From a virus, in IMG/VR virus record IMGVR_UViG_3300045988_072133, positions 39,171 through 103,170 of that record: DNA of 64,000 nucleotides; one strand, written 5' to 3'. Below are positions 1 through 10,019 of the stretch, in pieces. How positions within the stretch are numbered: position 1 is the first letter of the stretch; each line of letters begins with the position of its first letter. The translations under genes were made by a program, and so were the position numbers. The notes under the pieces were generated by a model. That model ran no database searches. It had not been told where the DNA came from and saw only the letters and a program-made list of their open reading frames with translations.

Positions 1-471
1 GTTAATCTGACTTGCAAGACCATCCGTAAGTTCTTTCGACAGAGTAGCAGCTTCAGTTGCAGAACTTGTAGTATATGATACTACTCCAACCATCTGATCT
101 TCCTGTGAGCCAGACATAACTTCACGAATCATAACACGGAGACTATACTCCGTATTAGGAGCAAGTTCAGCCTTATTAACCTTAATAGTTACTGTACGCG
201 GTATGCCTACCTTAAAAGGCCTCTTAGCATATTGTCGAACCTTATCCTTTTCGATAATATCCGACTTCATTATGTCGGTATAAGCATTAGTGTACTGGAT
301 ATAAAATTTCTCCACATCGCTAGCAAGCACCTCACCAGCAGCAGGTTTACCTTGATCCCCAGTACCAACCTTAACAACTTTATTGCCAGTCTTTAGATCA
401 ATAACTTTGATATCGTTTGCAGAGTTTGCAACAATGATCTGCCGAACAGCATTTTCAGTAAAATTTGCCAT
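1..471 (-). CDS. hypothetical virion protein, truncated by window edge (N-terminal 157 aa present)
   Basis: Minus-strand frame stays open from the ATG (plus-strand cat at 469-471) down to position 1. Translation begins MANFTENAVRQIIVANSANDIKVIDLKTG. It is the last gene of the structural operon in this window. Confidence 0.4.
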   Translation of the reverse strand, partial: MANFTENAVRQIIVANSANDIKVIDLKTGNKVVKVGTGDQGKPAAGEVLASDVEKFYIQYTNAYTDIMKSDIIEKDKVRQYAKRPFKVGIPRTVTIKVNKAELAPNTEYSLRVMIREVMSGSQEDQMVGVVSYTTSSATEAATLSKELTDGLASQIN

Positions 472-489
472 ATTATAACATTAATTAAA

Positions 490-1263
490 TTATTCTACTC
501 TGCGATTCAGAGCTATTTGTGTATTCAAACTATTCTCTTTATAATCACGTGTAGCTAACTCTACAGCACGATTTATAATCAACTCCCAAAGGGTGGGGGA
601 GATCTTATTATCTAAATTCCCATCAACATTTGCCTTACGTTCTCCCATGATAGAGAGGTTTCTGATACTAATCCATTCTGCTGAATCTAAGTCTACTAGT
701 ATAATAGGCTCAGGTTCTTTCATGTAAGTATAAATGTATTGAAACTCTTTAGATACAAGATCTTCATTAGATATTAATGTGATTTGACGTACCGTTGTAT
801 CTTCATTGGTAGTCTCATCAACACGCCATACTCTTAGATCTGAAGGTCTCCTAAAAGGATTCCTCATAAGCCTATAGGCTTCATCAATATCAATAGGTTT
901 AACTACTATATTACGAGTCTTTAAAGTGGGGTCATTAGGACCCTTAATACGCTCGGCTAATAGCTGAAGTACGTTAGCATCTAAGTCTATAACATAGGAA
1001 TTAAGCCCCTCAATCTGATTGGGAATAAGTGTTGTAATAACAGCCGTTCCTGTAAGAATATAACGTGGAAGGAGCGATTTAACAGCTTCAGTACTGTCGA
1101 TGGTATCACCACCCATAGTACCGTTATAATAGCCTGAAACAACCTCTCTATGCGCTTGAGTTAAGAATAATGATATTTCATACTCATTAAGACCTGGTGC
1201 AGCTGCACTTAAGATATTATCATAATGTAGATTAAATTTCTGAATCAGTTCCGCTGCAGTCAT
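490..1263 (-). CDS. hypothetical structural-module protein (257 aa)
   Basis: Long minus-strand ORF packed tightly with neighbours downstream of the putative capsid gene. No motif recognised. Confidence 0.4.
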   Translation of the reverse strand: MTAAELIQKFNLHYDNILSAAAPGLNEYEISLFLTQAHREVVSGYYNGTMGGDTIDSTEAVKSLLPRYILTGTAVITTLIPNQIEGLNSYVIDLDANVLQLLAERIKGPNDPTLKTRNIVVKPIDIDEAYRLMRNPFRRPSDLRVWRVDETTNEDTTVRQITLISNEDLVSKEFQYIYTYMKEPEPIILVDLDSAEWISIRNLSIMGERKANVDGNLDNKISPTLWELIINRAVELATRDYKENSLNTQIALNRRVE

Positions 1264-1271
1264 AATGTAAA

Positions 1272-2270
1272 TTATTTCTTAGAAGCCTTGATCTTAGCCT
1301 CAAGCATTAACTTATACTCTTGATTCTTGACAGCGTTGATATACCTAGCAGCATTTGCAATAGTAGGATCATCCATACCTTCACACAAAGGAGTATTGTC
1401 AGCTTTGTAATAAAGGTCTCCTCGCTTCTTAATAAGACCTGCATAAATTGCATCCTTAATCATTACCTTAGTTTCAAGATACGGATCCTGAAGAATCTGT
1501 ATGAACAATTTAGGATTGCTCTGCATATTCTTAAATGCCTGTGCCTGGAGCCAATCAAGAGTACTAGATTCTGAAACAGGCTTACCCTCAAGAGTCTCTA
1601 CTGCAAACCGCAGTACAGGTTTATTCTCTAGGAATTTGCCTAATTCAAAGGATGCTTGCATAGCTACATTCATCTCCTTATTGAGAGTCTTAACCTCTTC
1701 TCCCTCTCTGATAAGCACATACCTATAGGTTGCTTTAGGACTGGTCTTAAGAGTATCAAGACTAGGAGCAATAGTATCAGAATTAGCTAGCAGAATCTTA
1801 TATTTAATATAACCATCAGGAGTGGAAAGATCTAGAATAGTATCCATCTTACCAAGTCTAACAATAGCATTATCAGACTCCCAATAGTTATCTTCTTTTC
1901 GATAGATAGAAAGAGCATTATCCTCAAGACCCATGGTCATTTCTAAGAATTTCTTCTCAGCTTTAGTAAGAGCATTCTTGTATGAACCCGACATCAGAAG
2001 CGGTAGCGTATAGATTTTTACTGCGGTTTCAGCCATTCCTCCATAGAGAGCGTGAGAGGGTTTGTCAATATTACCAGTAGGCTTAAGAATACACCTTACA
2101 ATAACTTTCTCATTCCTGAGACAATTTACTATCGGCTCATCCTCTACAGACGTTGTAGAACTCTTCTTATCTACTTTAGAACTTTTCGTAGGTTTAGGTA
2201 CCTCAACTTTTACTTCCTCAACTGAGGTGTCAATATCAATATCACCAATATTGCTAAAATTTTTATCCAT
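1272..2270 (-). CDS. hypothetical structural-module protein (332 aa), Lys/Glu-rich N-terminus
   Basis: Long ORF immediately downstream of the putative MCP on the same strand. No motif recognised. Confidence 0.4.
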   Translation of the reverse strand: MDKNFSNIGDIDIDTSVEEVKVEVPKPTKSSKVDKKSSTTSVEDEPIVNCLRNEKVIVRCILKPTGNIDKPSHALYGGMAETAVKIYTLPLLMSGSYKNALTKAEKKFLEMTMGLEDNALSIYRKEDNYWESDNAIVRLGKMDTILDLSTPDGYIKYKILLANSDTIAPSLDTLKTSPKATYRYVLIREGEEVKTLNKEMNVAMQASFELGKFLENKPVLRFAVETLEGKPVSESSTLDWLQAQAFKNMQSNPKLFIQILQDPYLETKVMIKDAIYAGLIKKRGDLYYKADNTPLCEGMDDPTIANAARYINAVKNQEYKLMLEAKIKASKK

Positions 2271-2335
2271 AACTTCTCCCTTTATTTAAATGAAGGTAAG
2301 TGGGATTTAACTCCCACCTACCTATAAATGAGTTA

Positions 2336-3850
2336 TTACTCAGTAAGAATATTCGGAATCATACTCATGGTACGAGTAGGATCCAGGATTAATACACCCA
2401 GAGTAGCCATCTTGTGGATCTGTGCAGAATCCTCAGGATACGACATATACGGGTTGTTCATACCACCAGTAAAAGGATTGCGCAGGCCCCACATGTAACC
2501 ACGATACTCTTCCTTACCACGAACCTTAGCTAGCTGAATATTAGGCTCCTCAGTAGTACCAATGCACATAATGTCATAACGGTACGACTCTGCAACACCG
2601 CCATTCGGGTGCATGATCTTGTTACGTACCTGATCGTCGTAGAGAGGATTAACATCAATCTTAATAGTTACACCATTAGGAGCTTTGTACTCTACGAACT
2701 GGAAACCTGCACTCAGAGCATTCTCATGAAGCTTGCTCGAAGTCTTTGAAATAATAGCAGGATTAGCTGCATTACCACCAAGATACTGGAATACAGTCCA
2801 TCCAGATACTACATCAAGAACTGCCTTATGGAACTGTACAGCACCACGAGAACCAGTCTCAATAACAAAGGTACGATCCGAGTAATCAAGCTTCGACTCT
2901 GACAGCTCGAAGAGAGCATCCTCAAGAGTCTTCAGACTAAACTTAGTGTAATAACGAGTATTACCTACAGACATCTGAGCACGGATACCATCGCCCATCT
3001 TAATGACATTACCGGACTTACCAAAGTTCAGATACTCACCGTTCTTATTACGGTTCGAGCGGCCAAACATTATAATGTTCGACTTATATTCTGAGAAGGT
3101 TTCCTCCAGCTTATAGTCTACATGGTGAATCCATGAATTTGCTACTTGCTTGTTACCAGCCTTATCTACAAAAGGTATACCAATAGCCAGCTTCTTATCA
3201 AGAATATTTCCAGGAACCTTAGTCTGGATACGAATGTGTGACCATTCATTACGCATAGCAGTAGAGCTAGTATAACGAACATCACCTACTTCCAGCGACA
3301 TCGTATCCTCAACAGGAGCATATTCCCAGCTGAACCGTTTACCAGCAACAAGCTGACTTACGGGCATGCCATCAAGAACGCCTCCCATAAGTTCTACGGT
3401 ATAAACTGCATTCGAACCTTCAAGTCTCGGCTGACCCAGAATACGCAGGGGATAAACCTCATTAAGTTCACCTACGATTACCTCGCCATCAGCAAACCAG
3501 TCTTCGGGGAAAACAACCTTGAAGGGCTGTCCGTTGGCACCAGCAAAAGTCTCGGTATCCCCAGTATTCTCAAGAACTTGATCACTCATATCACGAGCCT
3601 CTACAAGGGGAATATTACGACGAGAACTGCCAATGACTTCCCAAGTGTACTCATCATCAGTTTCAAAGTACTTAACAGGGAATCTCTGGAGATAACTATC
3701 GAGGCTCTTACCACGATGCTGAGCCAGAAGCTGTACCATAATATTAGTAGCTTTCTGAGGCGCACGACCAAAAATAGCTCCGATGTGGTTATCTCGGGTT
3801 AAGCCTTTCCACGAAGTGAAGGCTTTCATTTGAAATTTACCTAGTTGCAT
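2336..3850 (-). CDS. putative major capsid protein (504 aa)
   Basis: The size fits large HK97-fold capsid proteins of crAss-like phages. It lies directly downstream of an acidic scaffold-like gene and is preceded by an AT-rich promoter-like gap. Function is inferred from position and size only. Confidence 0.45.
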   Translation of the reverse strand: MQLGKFQMKAFTSWKGLTRDNHIGAIFGRAPQKATNIMVQLLAQHRGKSLDSYLQRFPVKYFETDDEYTWEVIGSSRRNIPLVEARDMSDQVLENTGDTETFAGANGQPFKVVFPEDWFADGEVIVGELNEVYPLRILGQPRLEGSNAVYTVELMGGVLDGMPVSQLVAGKRFSWEYAPVEDTMSLEVGDVRYTSSTAMRNEWSHIRIQTKVPGNILDKKLAIGIPFVDKAGNKQVANSWIHHVDYKLEETFSEYKSNIIMFGRSNRNKNGEYLNFGKSGNVIKMGDGIRAQMSVGNTRYYTKFSLKTLEDALFELSESKLDYSDRTFVIETGSRGAVQFHKAVLDVVSGWTVFQYLGGNAANPAIISKTSSKLHENALSAGFQFVEYKAPNGVTIKIDVNPLYDDQVRNKIMHPNGGVAESYRYDIMCIGTTEEPNIQLAKVRGKEEYRGYMWGLRNPFTGGMNNPYMSYPEDSAQIHKMATLGVLILDPTRTMSMIPNILTE

Positions 3851-3865
3851 AATTTATTAATTTAA

Positions 3866-5026
3866 TTAAACGTCAATTCTATCAATGAAGTCAAAGGATT
3901 CTTCCTCAGGCTCCATATTAAAGTTAACGCTACCATCATCCAAAGTTCTAGTATTGTTGAGTTTATGCTCTAATTCTCGTAGAGCACCTTTCTTAGCTTT
4001 AGTTAACTTCTGATTAACTAACTTATCAATATTCTTAAAGCCATCCGTAAGTGTATACATTAGAGAAAGGTAGTATTGAGCATCCAAAGAATTCTCTCTA
4101 ATATACTTCTGAATAGGAGTCATAATATGACCATCCTCATCTTTGTAACTAGCCTTAGTCATATTATTATAGACCTTCTCTCTAGTACCCTTATCAAGGT
4201 TAATACCATCAAAAGGTTTATCAGTATTTAGTACCTTAGCTTTAAACTCTTTAAGCTGTTTTTCCTGAGCAGCTTTTGCAGCAGCAGCAGCAGCTTTTCT
4301 TTCCTCAACAATAGAATGATACTCTTCTTTATAGAAGTCTAAACAGCTTTCAAGAGCTGCCTTAGCATCTTCAATATCTGTACCAGCATTAATAGATCTC
4401 TCTACTTCTCGCTGAGCACGTTCTTTCTTAAATCCACGATTAATATAATCACTATATATAATCTTCTTACGAAGTGTTTCTGCATCATCAGATTCAGCTT
4501 CAAGCTCCTCTTCAGATATATCAGAGAGATACTGAATAGCTCCCTCATAACGCTGAATAACATCAGGTTCCACACCGGCATTAAGCATATCTCGGATACG
4601 TTTCTGCTCAGCATCTAGACCTGCATCTATCTGCTTCTTTAAAGCTGCAGCGAAAGATTCACTATCCTTTATCTCTTTGATTTCATCTTCGCTTAAGTCC
4701 GGGAAAATACCATCTTCGTAACAAGCCAGTGCGACGGAAGCAAGTATTGGTGTATTGGGAGAAGTTTTATCGCTAGGATCCTTGTCCTTAGTGGTATCTT
4801 CCCCGCTTAAGCTAGGATAAGGATCTTCTCCTTCTCCTTCCTCAGCACCTCCGCCCTCTTGCTTACCCTTAAAAATCCCTTTAGGATCAGGGTCCGCATC
4901 TGTACTGGTATCTGTAGGAGGATCATTATCGGGAGCTCCAAACTCCAGATCTTCCTCCTCAATTTTAATATCAATAGCGTCGTCTCCGAACGCATTGAGT
5001 AAATCCATTGATAAAGTTTCTTCCAT
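3866..5026 (-). CDS. acidic coiled-coil protein, putative scaffolding protein (386 aa)
   Basis: Very Asp/Glu-rich N-terminus, an AAAAAKAA linker and predicted coiled-coil segments. Sits immediately upstream of the putative MCP. Confidence 0.35.
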   Translation of the reverse strand: MEETLSMDLLNAFGDDAIDIKIEEEDLEFGAPDNDPPTDTSTDADPDPKGIFKGKQEGGGAEEGEGEDPYPSLSGEDTTKDKDPSDKTSPNTPILASVALACYEDGIFPDLSEDEIKEIKDSESFAAALKKQIDAGLDAEQKRIRDMLNAGVEPDVIQRYEGAIQYLSDISEEELEAESDDAETLRKKIIYSDYINRGFKKERAQREVERSINAGTDIEDAKAALESCLDFYKEEYHSIVEERKAAAAAAKAAQEKQLKEFKAKVLNTDKPFDGINLDKGTREKVYNNMTKASYKDEDGHIMTPIQKYIRENSLDAQYYLSLMYTLTDGFKNIDKLVNQKLTKAKKGALRELEHKLNNTRTLDDGSVNFNMEPEEESFDFIDRIDV

Positions 5027-5079
5027 ACTTCTCCAAAAATTTTAATCTTAATTAGTTAATCTCTTTACATAGATTAATG

Positions 5080-5087
5080 CAAATATA
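5080..5087 (-). promoter_or_regulatory. possible Bacteroidetes-type -7 promoter element (TAnnTTTG) upstream of the scaffold/MCP genes
   Basis: Minus strand reads TATATTTG inside a 135-bp AT-rich intergenic gap, about 55 nt upstream of the ATG at 5026. Confidence 0.2.
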
Positions 5088-5161
5088 TGAATATTTTTTC
5101 ATATATAAAATACTTTTAGAAATTCACTAATAAATTACACCAATAATTACTACTTTATTTC

Positions 5162-5605
5162 CTATTTAACAGTAATCCATATCTGCTCTCCAGCAGCTAC
5201 AGCTTTGTCAAATTTATCTAGTAAAGCTAAGAAAGTTACCTTGCTGTTAGATATTCTTCCACTAAAGTAATTCTTTCCAACTAAGATACAGCCTGACGAA
5301 TCAGCCGCACTGTTACCCCAATGTATTAATATACCGGTAAATGAAGGAACATTATTTAGCAGAGGCATGTTCCTATTATTTACCTTAGGACTAAACTTGG
5401 GAGAGTTTACCAGTGTAATTCTATATCTACCATTAGGTATAGCAGTTTCATGCATAACCTTCTTCTCATCTCCATCAAAAATACCATTAGAATTCTTATC
5501 TCTATCAGTATCTTCAACGGTATCGCACTCGTATACTCCATTTACGTAAAGTTTCCCACCTGTATACGAGCTTTGTCTATCTATACGCTGTAAGAGTAAT
5601 TCCAT
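5162..5605 (-). CDS. protein with YkuD-like (L,D-transpeptidase-fold) His/Ser/Cys motif, putative peptidoglycan-acting enzyme (147 aa)
   Basis: Motif ILIHWGNSAADSSGCILVG resembles the IHxxN...SxGCI catalytic motif of L,D-transpeptidase/YkuD domains. Followed by two small TM/coiled-coil proteins. Confidence 0.35.
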   Translation of the reverse strand: MELLLQRIDRQSSYTGGKLYVNGVYECDTVEDTDRDKNSNGIFDGDEKKVMHETAIPNGRYRITLVNSPKFSPKVNNRNMPLLNNVPSFTGILIHWGNSAADSSGCILVGKNYFSGRISNSKVTFLALLDKFDKAVAAGEQIWITVK

Positions 5606-5607
5606 AA

Positions 5608-5874
5608 CTAAGGGATTTCTGGACGATTAGTAGTCTCCTCCCTAGCCTTTTTAAGCTCCTGTAACAGCTCATTTACTGTTGTATGAAGTTCCTCATTAAC
5701 CTTCAGAAGACGTGCTATTTCATCTCGGTAGAACTCTCGCATTTTAACAAGAGTTTCTATCTCAACAAGAGTTGCATTAGCATCTGAAGTTCTCTTGCCA
5801 CCAAGTTTCCAGGTAACAATTATTGAGAGTAAGTTAGATACTCCTAGAGCGCCCAGCAATGTAAACCAATCCAT
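5608..5874 (-). CDS. small membrane protein with coiled-coil tail (88 aa), holin- or spanin-like
   Basis: N-terminal hydrophobic helix WFTLLGALGVSNLLSIIVTW followed by a charged helical segment. Confidence 0.35.
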   Translation of the reverse strand: MDWFTLLGALGVSNLLSIIVTWKLGGKRTSDANATLVEIETLVKMREFYRDEIARLLKVNEELHTTVNELLQELKKAREETTNRPEIP

Positions 5875-6485
5875 TATTCGATTACTTGAATGTATCTCTC
5901 AGTCTCGGAGTAAATGTAGGGACTCTCCTCAACTACATCGACCAATAGAACCTTATGTTTACGTTGAAACCACCTACACAAGAAGAACTTCTTAGGAGGC
6001 TTAATAGTCTCCTTCTGAAGATGCCCTACAACGGTTCGTTCACTCCTAAACTTAGGTTCTACAACTACCTTATTAGGATATTCTAATCCAAGCCTAAGGC
6101 TGTACCACTTATCCCTAATAGTAGTATCAATCTTAACATCAGGTTGAAATATTGTATCCCGTAAAATCACAGTGTCCTTCTTAGATGCAATACTTAGTTG
6201 ATATTCTAAATATCGAACATCCTTATCTCTAATCTTGAGCTTTTTTTGAACTTCTAATAACTTCCTATTAATAGAATCTTTACTAGATTTAAGCTCTTCA
6301 ATCGTAAACTTAAAGGCTCTTTTCTCGTTAGTAAGAGAATCGTTCTCCGCCGCATACGCTTTTATATTAGTATATGCCGCAGAGACTTCTTCTCGTAAAC
6401 TATTAATTTTATTATAAGCTCCGAAGCATATCCCACCAAGGGCTAGTATTACTAATCCTTGAATTGCTATTATTTTCCATCTCAT
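5874..6485 (-). CDS. membrane-anchored coiled-coil protein (203 aa), spanin-like
   Basis: N-terminal TM helix (IIAIQGLVILALGGICFGA) then a long coiled-coil region. Start overlaps the downstream gene stop (ATGA-type coupling). Confidence 0.35.
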   Translation of the reverse strand: MRWKIIAIQGLVILALGGICFGAYNKINSLREEVSAAYTNIKAYAAENDSLTNEKRAFKFTIEELKSSKDSINRKLLEVQKKLKIRDKDVRYLEYQLSIASKKDTVILRDTIFQPDVKIDTTIRDKWYSLRLGLEYPNKVVVEPKFRSERTVVGHLQKETIKPPKKFFLCRWFQRKHKVLLVDVVEESPYIYSETERYIQVIE

Positions 6486-6492
6486 AATCTCA

Positions 6493-8808
6493 TTACGAAG
6501 TAAGGGCTGTTCTTATAGCTCCTGTAGTATTTTCATTCTGATCCGCTAGCTTAACTAGGGAAGGATATGCTACATAAAACGTACCCCAATATACTTCCTT
6601 ACTGTTTACTGTTAAAGTATTTAAAGGCTTAAAATAATATTCAAAAACGGCTCCGGGAGGTATTAAAATACTTGTCAAGTTTACTGAATGATCTCCCCAT
6701 GTTACTCCACATTTACACACGGAGCTACTATGAATATTCACAGTAATAATAGCACTTCTTGATACATTCAATATAACTCCTCTATAAATAGAAGCATTAT
6801 CTAATACTCCATTTGATTTGGCTATCAATAGCGTAGTTGATGCGTCTGCATCACTTGTGGTATATGCATTAAGGGAGTGAATGTTAGCATCTAATCCTGA
6901 CAAGAAAATCTCTTGTAATTCTTGACGAATATTACCAGTAAGAGAAATATTACTAGCTACTAAATTATCCGCTGTAATATTTCCACTAGCATCAAACCTA
7001 ATTTTACCAGCTGCTAAAAATCCTTCTCCAGTTTTAAAGTTAAATGCTATATTGGGAATAAATACTCCAGCAGTAGGATTAGTAGGCTCAAATGCTTCAT
7101 AATTAGTAGAAATTTGACCACTAGCATCAATACCTTGCTGGCTAAACATCCAATCTCCGGTAAATACAGCAGATCCTATAAGTCCATTAGATATAATACC
7201 AATCTTAGTAAATAATGCTTCAAATGCTTCTAATTTAATCCAACTACCACTCGTGTCAGTACTAGGAGTCTGATTATTATGTGCTGTACCAAGCCAAGTA
7301 CCAACCTTATTTAGGACGTAATAATTATCATCCCCAGAATCATATACATAAGGAGTTTTATTCGCATCACATATATATGTAACAGTTGTAGAATAAATCC
7401 CCTCAGGATATATTATTTGACCTTTAGAACCAGGAGCACCAGGCATGCCAGGAGCTCCTTCTAAACCATTAGTACCACTTAGTTTAGCAGGGATAGACCA
7501 TGCTCCATCTACAGAACCAACTCTGTCAGAATTGTCTACATAGTTAATACGAGCCTGTATAAACCATATATAAGGATTAGCTTCAGTAACAGTAGGAACA
7601 TTAGTACTCCATCCAGTCGGATTCCTATTAGATCCTAAATCTGTACTACCAGTATATGTAGATTCTGTACCAAGACAGTACTGTACTTCAATACCTACTC
7701 CAGGAATTCCTGATACACCATTTTTACCAGCAGGGCCAGGATCACCAGCTGGTCCAGTAGCTCCATCTTTCCCATCTTTTCCCGGAGGACCTTGTGGCCC
7801 TTCTGGACCGGCTTCTCCACTAATAACAGTAGGAGTAGACCAATTGGTATATAAGGTATCATTAGGATTAATAGTAGCTACAATCATCCATATAAACTCC
7901 TGGGTAGCCTTAACGGCAGGGATCATAGACCAGCCTGTAGGAGTCCTCATAGTATTATCAAGAGCAGGAGGAGTAATATTACTGAAGTTTATTGCAAAGC
8001 GAAACTCTGTATATTTGCCATCCTGAGCAGTACCATCACGACCATTTACAGGTAATACTTCAGACCATTCAGATACTAGGCCTGTAGATCCTGTAACAGT
8101 ACCTATACACTGCCACCAATTACCACTGGTAGTAGGATAGTCTTCCCATCCCTCAGGATTGGGATTTGTACTAGTAGGAGGCTCAGGTTTAGAGCTACTT
8201 AACTTATAGACATAAGTCTTGTAGTTGGGAACACTTCCTGCAGGCCCTTTAGGACCTTCAGGCCCAGGTTCTCCTGGGTCACCCTTATCTCCTTTGGTAC
8301 CAGTCATAAGAAGGGGATCACTCCACTCACCTATTAATACTGTATCTTTAAAGGTTGCAGTAATAGACCAAATACTATCTGAAGTAGTATGAATTGGAAC
8401 TACATTTCCCCAGATAGACCCTGGGTTAGGGTTGTCCTTAACAACAATAGGAGGAGTATTTGAAGTGCTAGTTTTCGAATACATTATTCTAATACTAGTA
8501 CCATCAGAGCCCTTTGGTAATCCAAAACAGAATTTAAAGATATTTCCATCTAATGTTACAGAGGCGTCTGCTTGACTAGTAGATTCTACTTGATCTACAG
8601 TAGCTTCGAAATTTTCAGGAGTACTTCCACCCTGACCTCCTACTAAAACCCACTTATCTTGAATACAATCAAAGGCTAGTAGTTCCCACAAAGGAGAACC
8701 ACTAGTTGTAGGATGTAACCAAGTAAGATTAAGAGCTTCTTCAGGGGGGGGCTCAATACCTACCCAAATTTTTCCAAATCCATTTATATAATGATACATA
8801 ATTATCAA
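6493..8808 (-). CDS. tail fibre protein with collagen-like Gly-X-Y repeats (771 aa)
   Basis: Three Gly-X-Y blocks: GTKGDKGDPGEPGPEGPKGPAG, GEAGPEGPQGPPGKDGKDGATGPAGDPGPAGKNGVSGIPG and GLEGAPGMPGAPGSKG. The remainder is S/T/N-rich beta-type sequence. Confidence 0.6.
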   Translation of the reverse strand: MIIMYHYINGFGKIWVGIEPPPEEALNLTWLHPTTSGSPLWELLAFDCIQDKWVLVGGQGGSTPENFEATVDQVESTSQADASVTLDGNIFKFCFGLPKGSDGTSIRIMYSKTSTSNTPPIVVKDNPNPGSIWGNVVPIHTTSDSIWSITATFKDTVLIGEWSDPLLMTGTKGDKGDPGEPGPEGPKGPAGSVPNYKTYVYKLSSSKPEPPTSTNPNPEGWEDYPTTSGNWWQCIGTVTGSTGLVSEWSEVLPVNGRDGTAQDGKYTEFRFAINFSNITPPALDNTMRTPTGWSMIPAVKATQEFIWMIVATINPNDTLYTNWSTPTVISGEAGPEGPQGPPGKDGKDGATGPAGDPGPAGKNGVSGIPGVGIEVQYCLGTESTYTGSTDLGSNRNPTGWSTNVPTVTEANPYIWFIQARINYVDNSDRVGSVDGAWSIPAKLSGTNGLEGAPGMPGAPGSKGQIIYPEGIYSTTVTYICDANKTPYVYDSGDDNYYVLNKVGTWLGTAHNNQTPSTDTSGSWIKLEAFEALFTKIGIISNGLIGSAVFTGDWMFSQQGIDASGQISTNYEAFEPTNPTAGVFIPNIAFNFKTGEGFLAAGKIRFDASGNITADNLVASNISLTGNIRQELQEIFLSGLDANIHSLNAYTTSDADASTTLLIAKSNGVLDNASIYRGVILNVSRSAIITVNIHSSSVCKCGVTWGDHSVNLTSILIPPGAVFEYYFKPLNTLTVNSKEVYWGTFYVAYPSLVKLADQNENTTGAIRTALTS

Positions 8809-9632
8809 ACTTTATTGTGTGCAGATTTGTATATCCTCTTCACCGTTATTCTGCTACCGATAGGATAAGATTCACCACCACTTACTGTCATAGTTAATTT
8901 ACTTTCTGTGCAACTAATAGTCATTACCCCTACATCAGATATTACCTCTGAATTAGACCCGCCAGAATTATAAAACCCACTAAATTTGATATCTGATCGG
9001 GATTCCCCTACTTTGAAATTAAAAGTACGGTTAACGTTAATGCCAGAGACAAAATATGTATTAGGATCACTTGGGTCCATTAAATCATATATTACAGTAA
9101 TTAAATCTCCACTCTGTAAACTTTTAGAAAAGTCAAACATATCCGGAGCGTTGTCACCTAATTGAACGCTTCCTTCCCAAAGAGTAGTTCCAACAGGAAC
9201 ACCTGCCTCATCAGCAGGTAACTTTTGCCATGAAGTATCGTAAAGACTTGTGGACTTAAATACGTACAATGTAGGGGTACCGTTAACCTTGTTATTAAGG
9301 TCCGTACCTATGTATAAAGCCATGAAAGAGCTTATCTTTATAGCGTACCCTTTTAAAGGCACATCGGGGCCGTTTGTTGCTGTCTTAGCACTTTCAAAAG
9401 TAACGAATTCTCCGACTTTTATATCGGAGCTGAATGTTATACTCTGGCCATTTAAAGTCCACGAGTTATTCCTAAAGTTAGTGACAACAACATACTTGAC
9501 TCCTTCAACAGAAGCAAGATCAGCTATTTGTTGGGCAGTAATCTTCTCTGTGGCAGAGACCTGAAATTCCTCGTTACCAGTAGCAGCAGCTTTCTTGATA
9601 AACTCAGAAATATCTTTGTAAACATTTGCCAT
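8805..9632 (-). CDS. hypothetical tail/virion protein (275 aa)
   Basis: ORF overlaps the fibre gene start by 4 nt (translational coupling). S/T/G-rich. Confidence 0.4.
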   Translation of the reverse strand: MANVYKDISEFIKKAAATGNEEFQVSATEKITAQQIADLASVEGVKYVVVTNFRNNSWTLNGQSITFSSDIKVGEFVTFESAKTATNGPDVPLKGYAIKISSFMALYIGTDLNNKVNGTPTLYVFKSTSLYDTSWQKLPADEAGVPVGTTLWEGSVQLGDNAPDMFDFSKSLQSGDLITVIYDLMDPSDPNTYFVSGINVNRTFNFKVGESRSDIKFSGFYNSGGSNSEVISDVGVMTISCTESKLTMTVSGGESYPIGSRITVKRIYKSAHNKV

Positions 9633-9650
9633 ATTTAATAATTATTTTAA

Positions 9651-9947
9651 TTAAAAACCAGCTTTATTTTTAGAGTATGCACTACATATATCTGCATAAG
9701 TGGCTATTACTAAGTTATCAGAGGTCTGAATAACTTTAAGTGTTTTTGATGCTTGAGATCCAGAAGATCCTGTAGTTCTAAACGTAATAGTCTTCTCCCT
9801 ATCTTCTCCAGTGCGGTTATAATCAGAAGTAATTCCTGTAGGGATTATAACTAAATTATCTTCAGTAATCTCACTATCATCCCACTGAAGATAAATAGAA
9901 TCTGAAGCATCTATAGACCAAGGAATTGAAATTGTCTGGATACTCAT
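9651..9947 (-). CDS. hypothetical virion protein (98 aa)
   Basis: ORF in the structural operon. Confidence 0.35.
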   Translation of the reverse strand: MSIQTISIPWSIDASDSIYLQWDDSEITEDNLVIIPTGITSDYNRTGEDREKTITFRTTGSSGSQASKTLKVIQTSDNLVIATYADICSAYSKNKAGF

Positions 9948-9972
9948 AATACAATTTTACTAAGTTAAAATA

Positions 9973-10003
9973 GGGAGGGGTGGCAGTTTCCCCCCCCCCC
10001 TAT
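9973..10003 (-). terminator. intrinsic terminator with homopolymer stem (G11 ... CCCCTCCC + U-tract)
   Basis: Minus-strand RNA reads GGGGGGGGGGGAAACUGCCACCCCUCCCUAUUUUAAC immediately after the stop of the 10020-10643 gene. Confidence 0.45.
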
Positions 10004-10019
10004 TAATAATCCTAATTTA

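Noticed and set aside
1320-4995. Short plus-strand ORFs (1320-1574, 1501-1728, 2062-2289, 3578-3802) and short minus-strand ORFs (4402-4614, 4807-4995) nested inside the long minus-strand structural genes
   Set aside because: All lie within and antisense to, or out of frame with, much longer well-supported ORFs. Low-complexity translations typical of shadow ORFs in AT-rich DNA.
8744-8751. G8 homopolymer inside the tail fibre gene
   Set aside because: Lies within coding sequence (encodes PPP on the minus strand) and is not part of the intergenic GGGAGG...C-run terminator motif, although it could still be a slippage-prone site.
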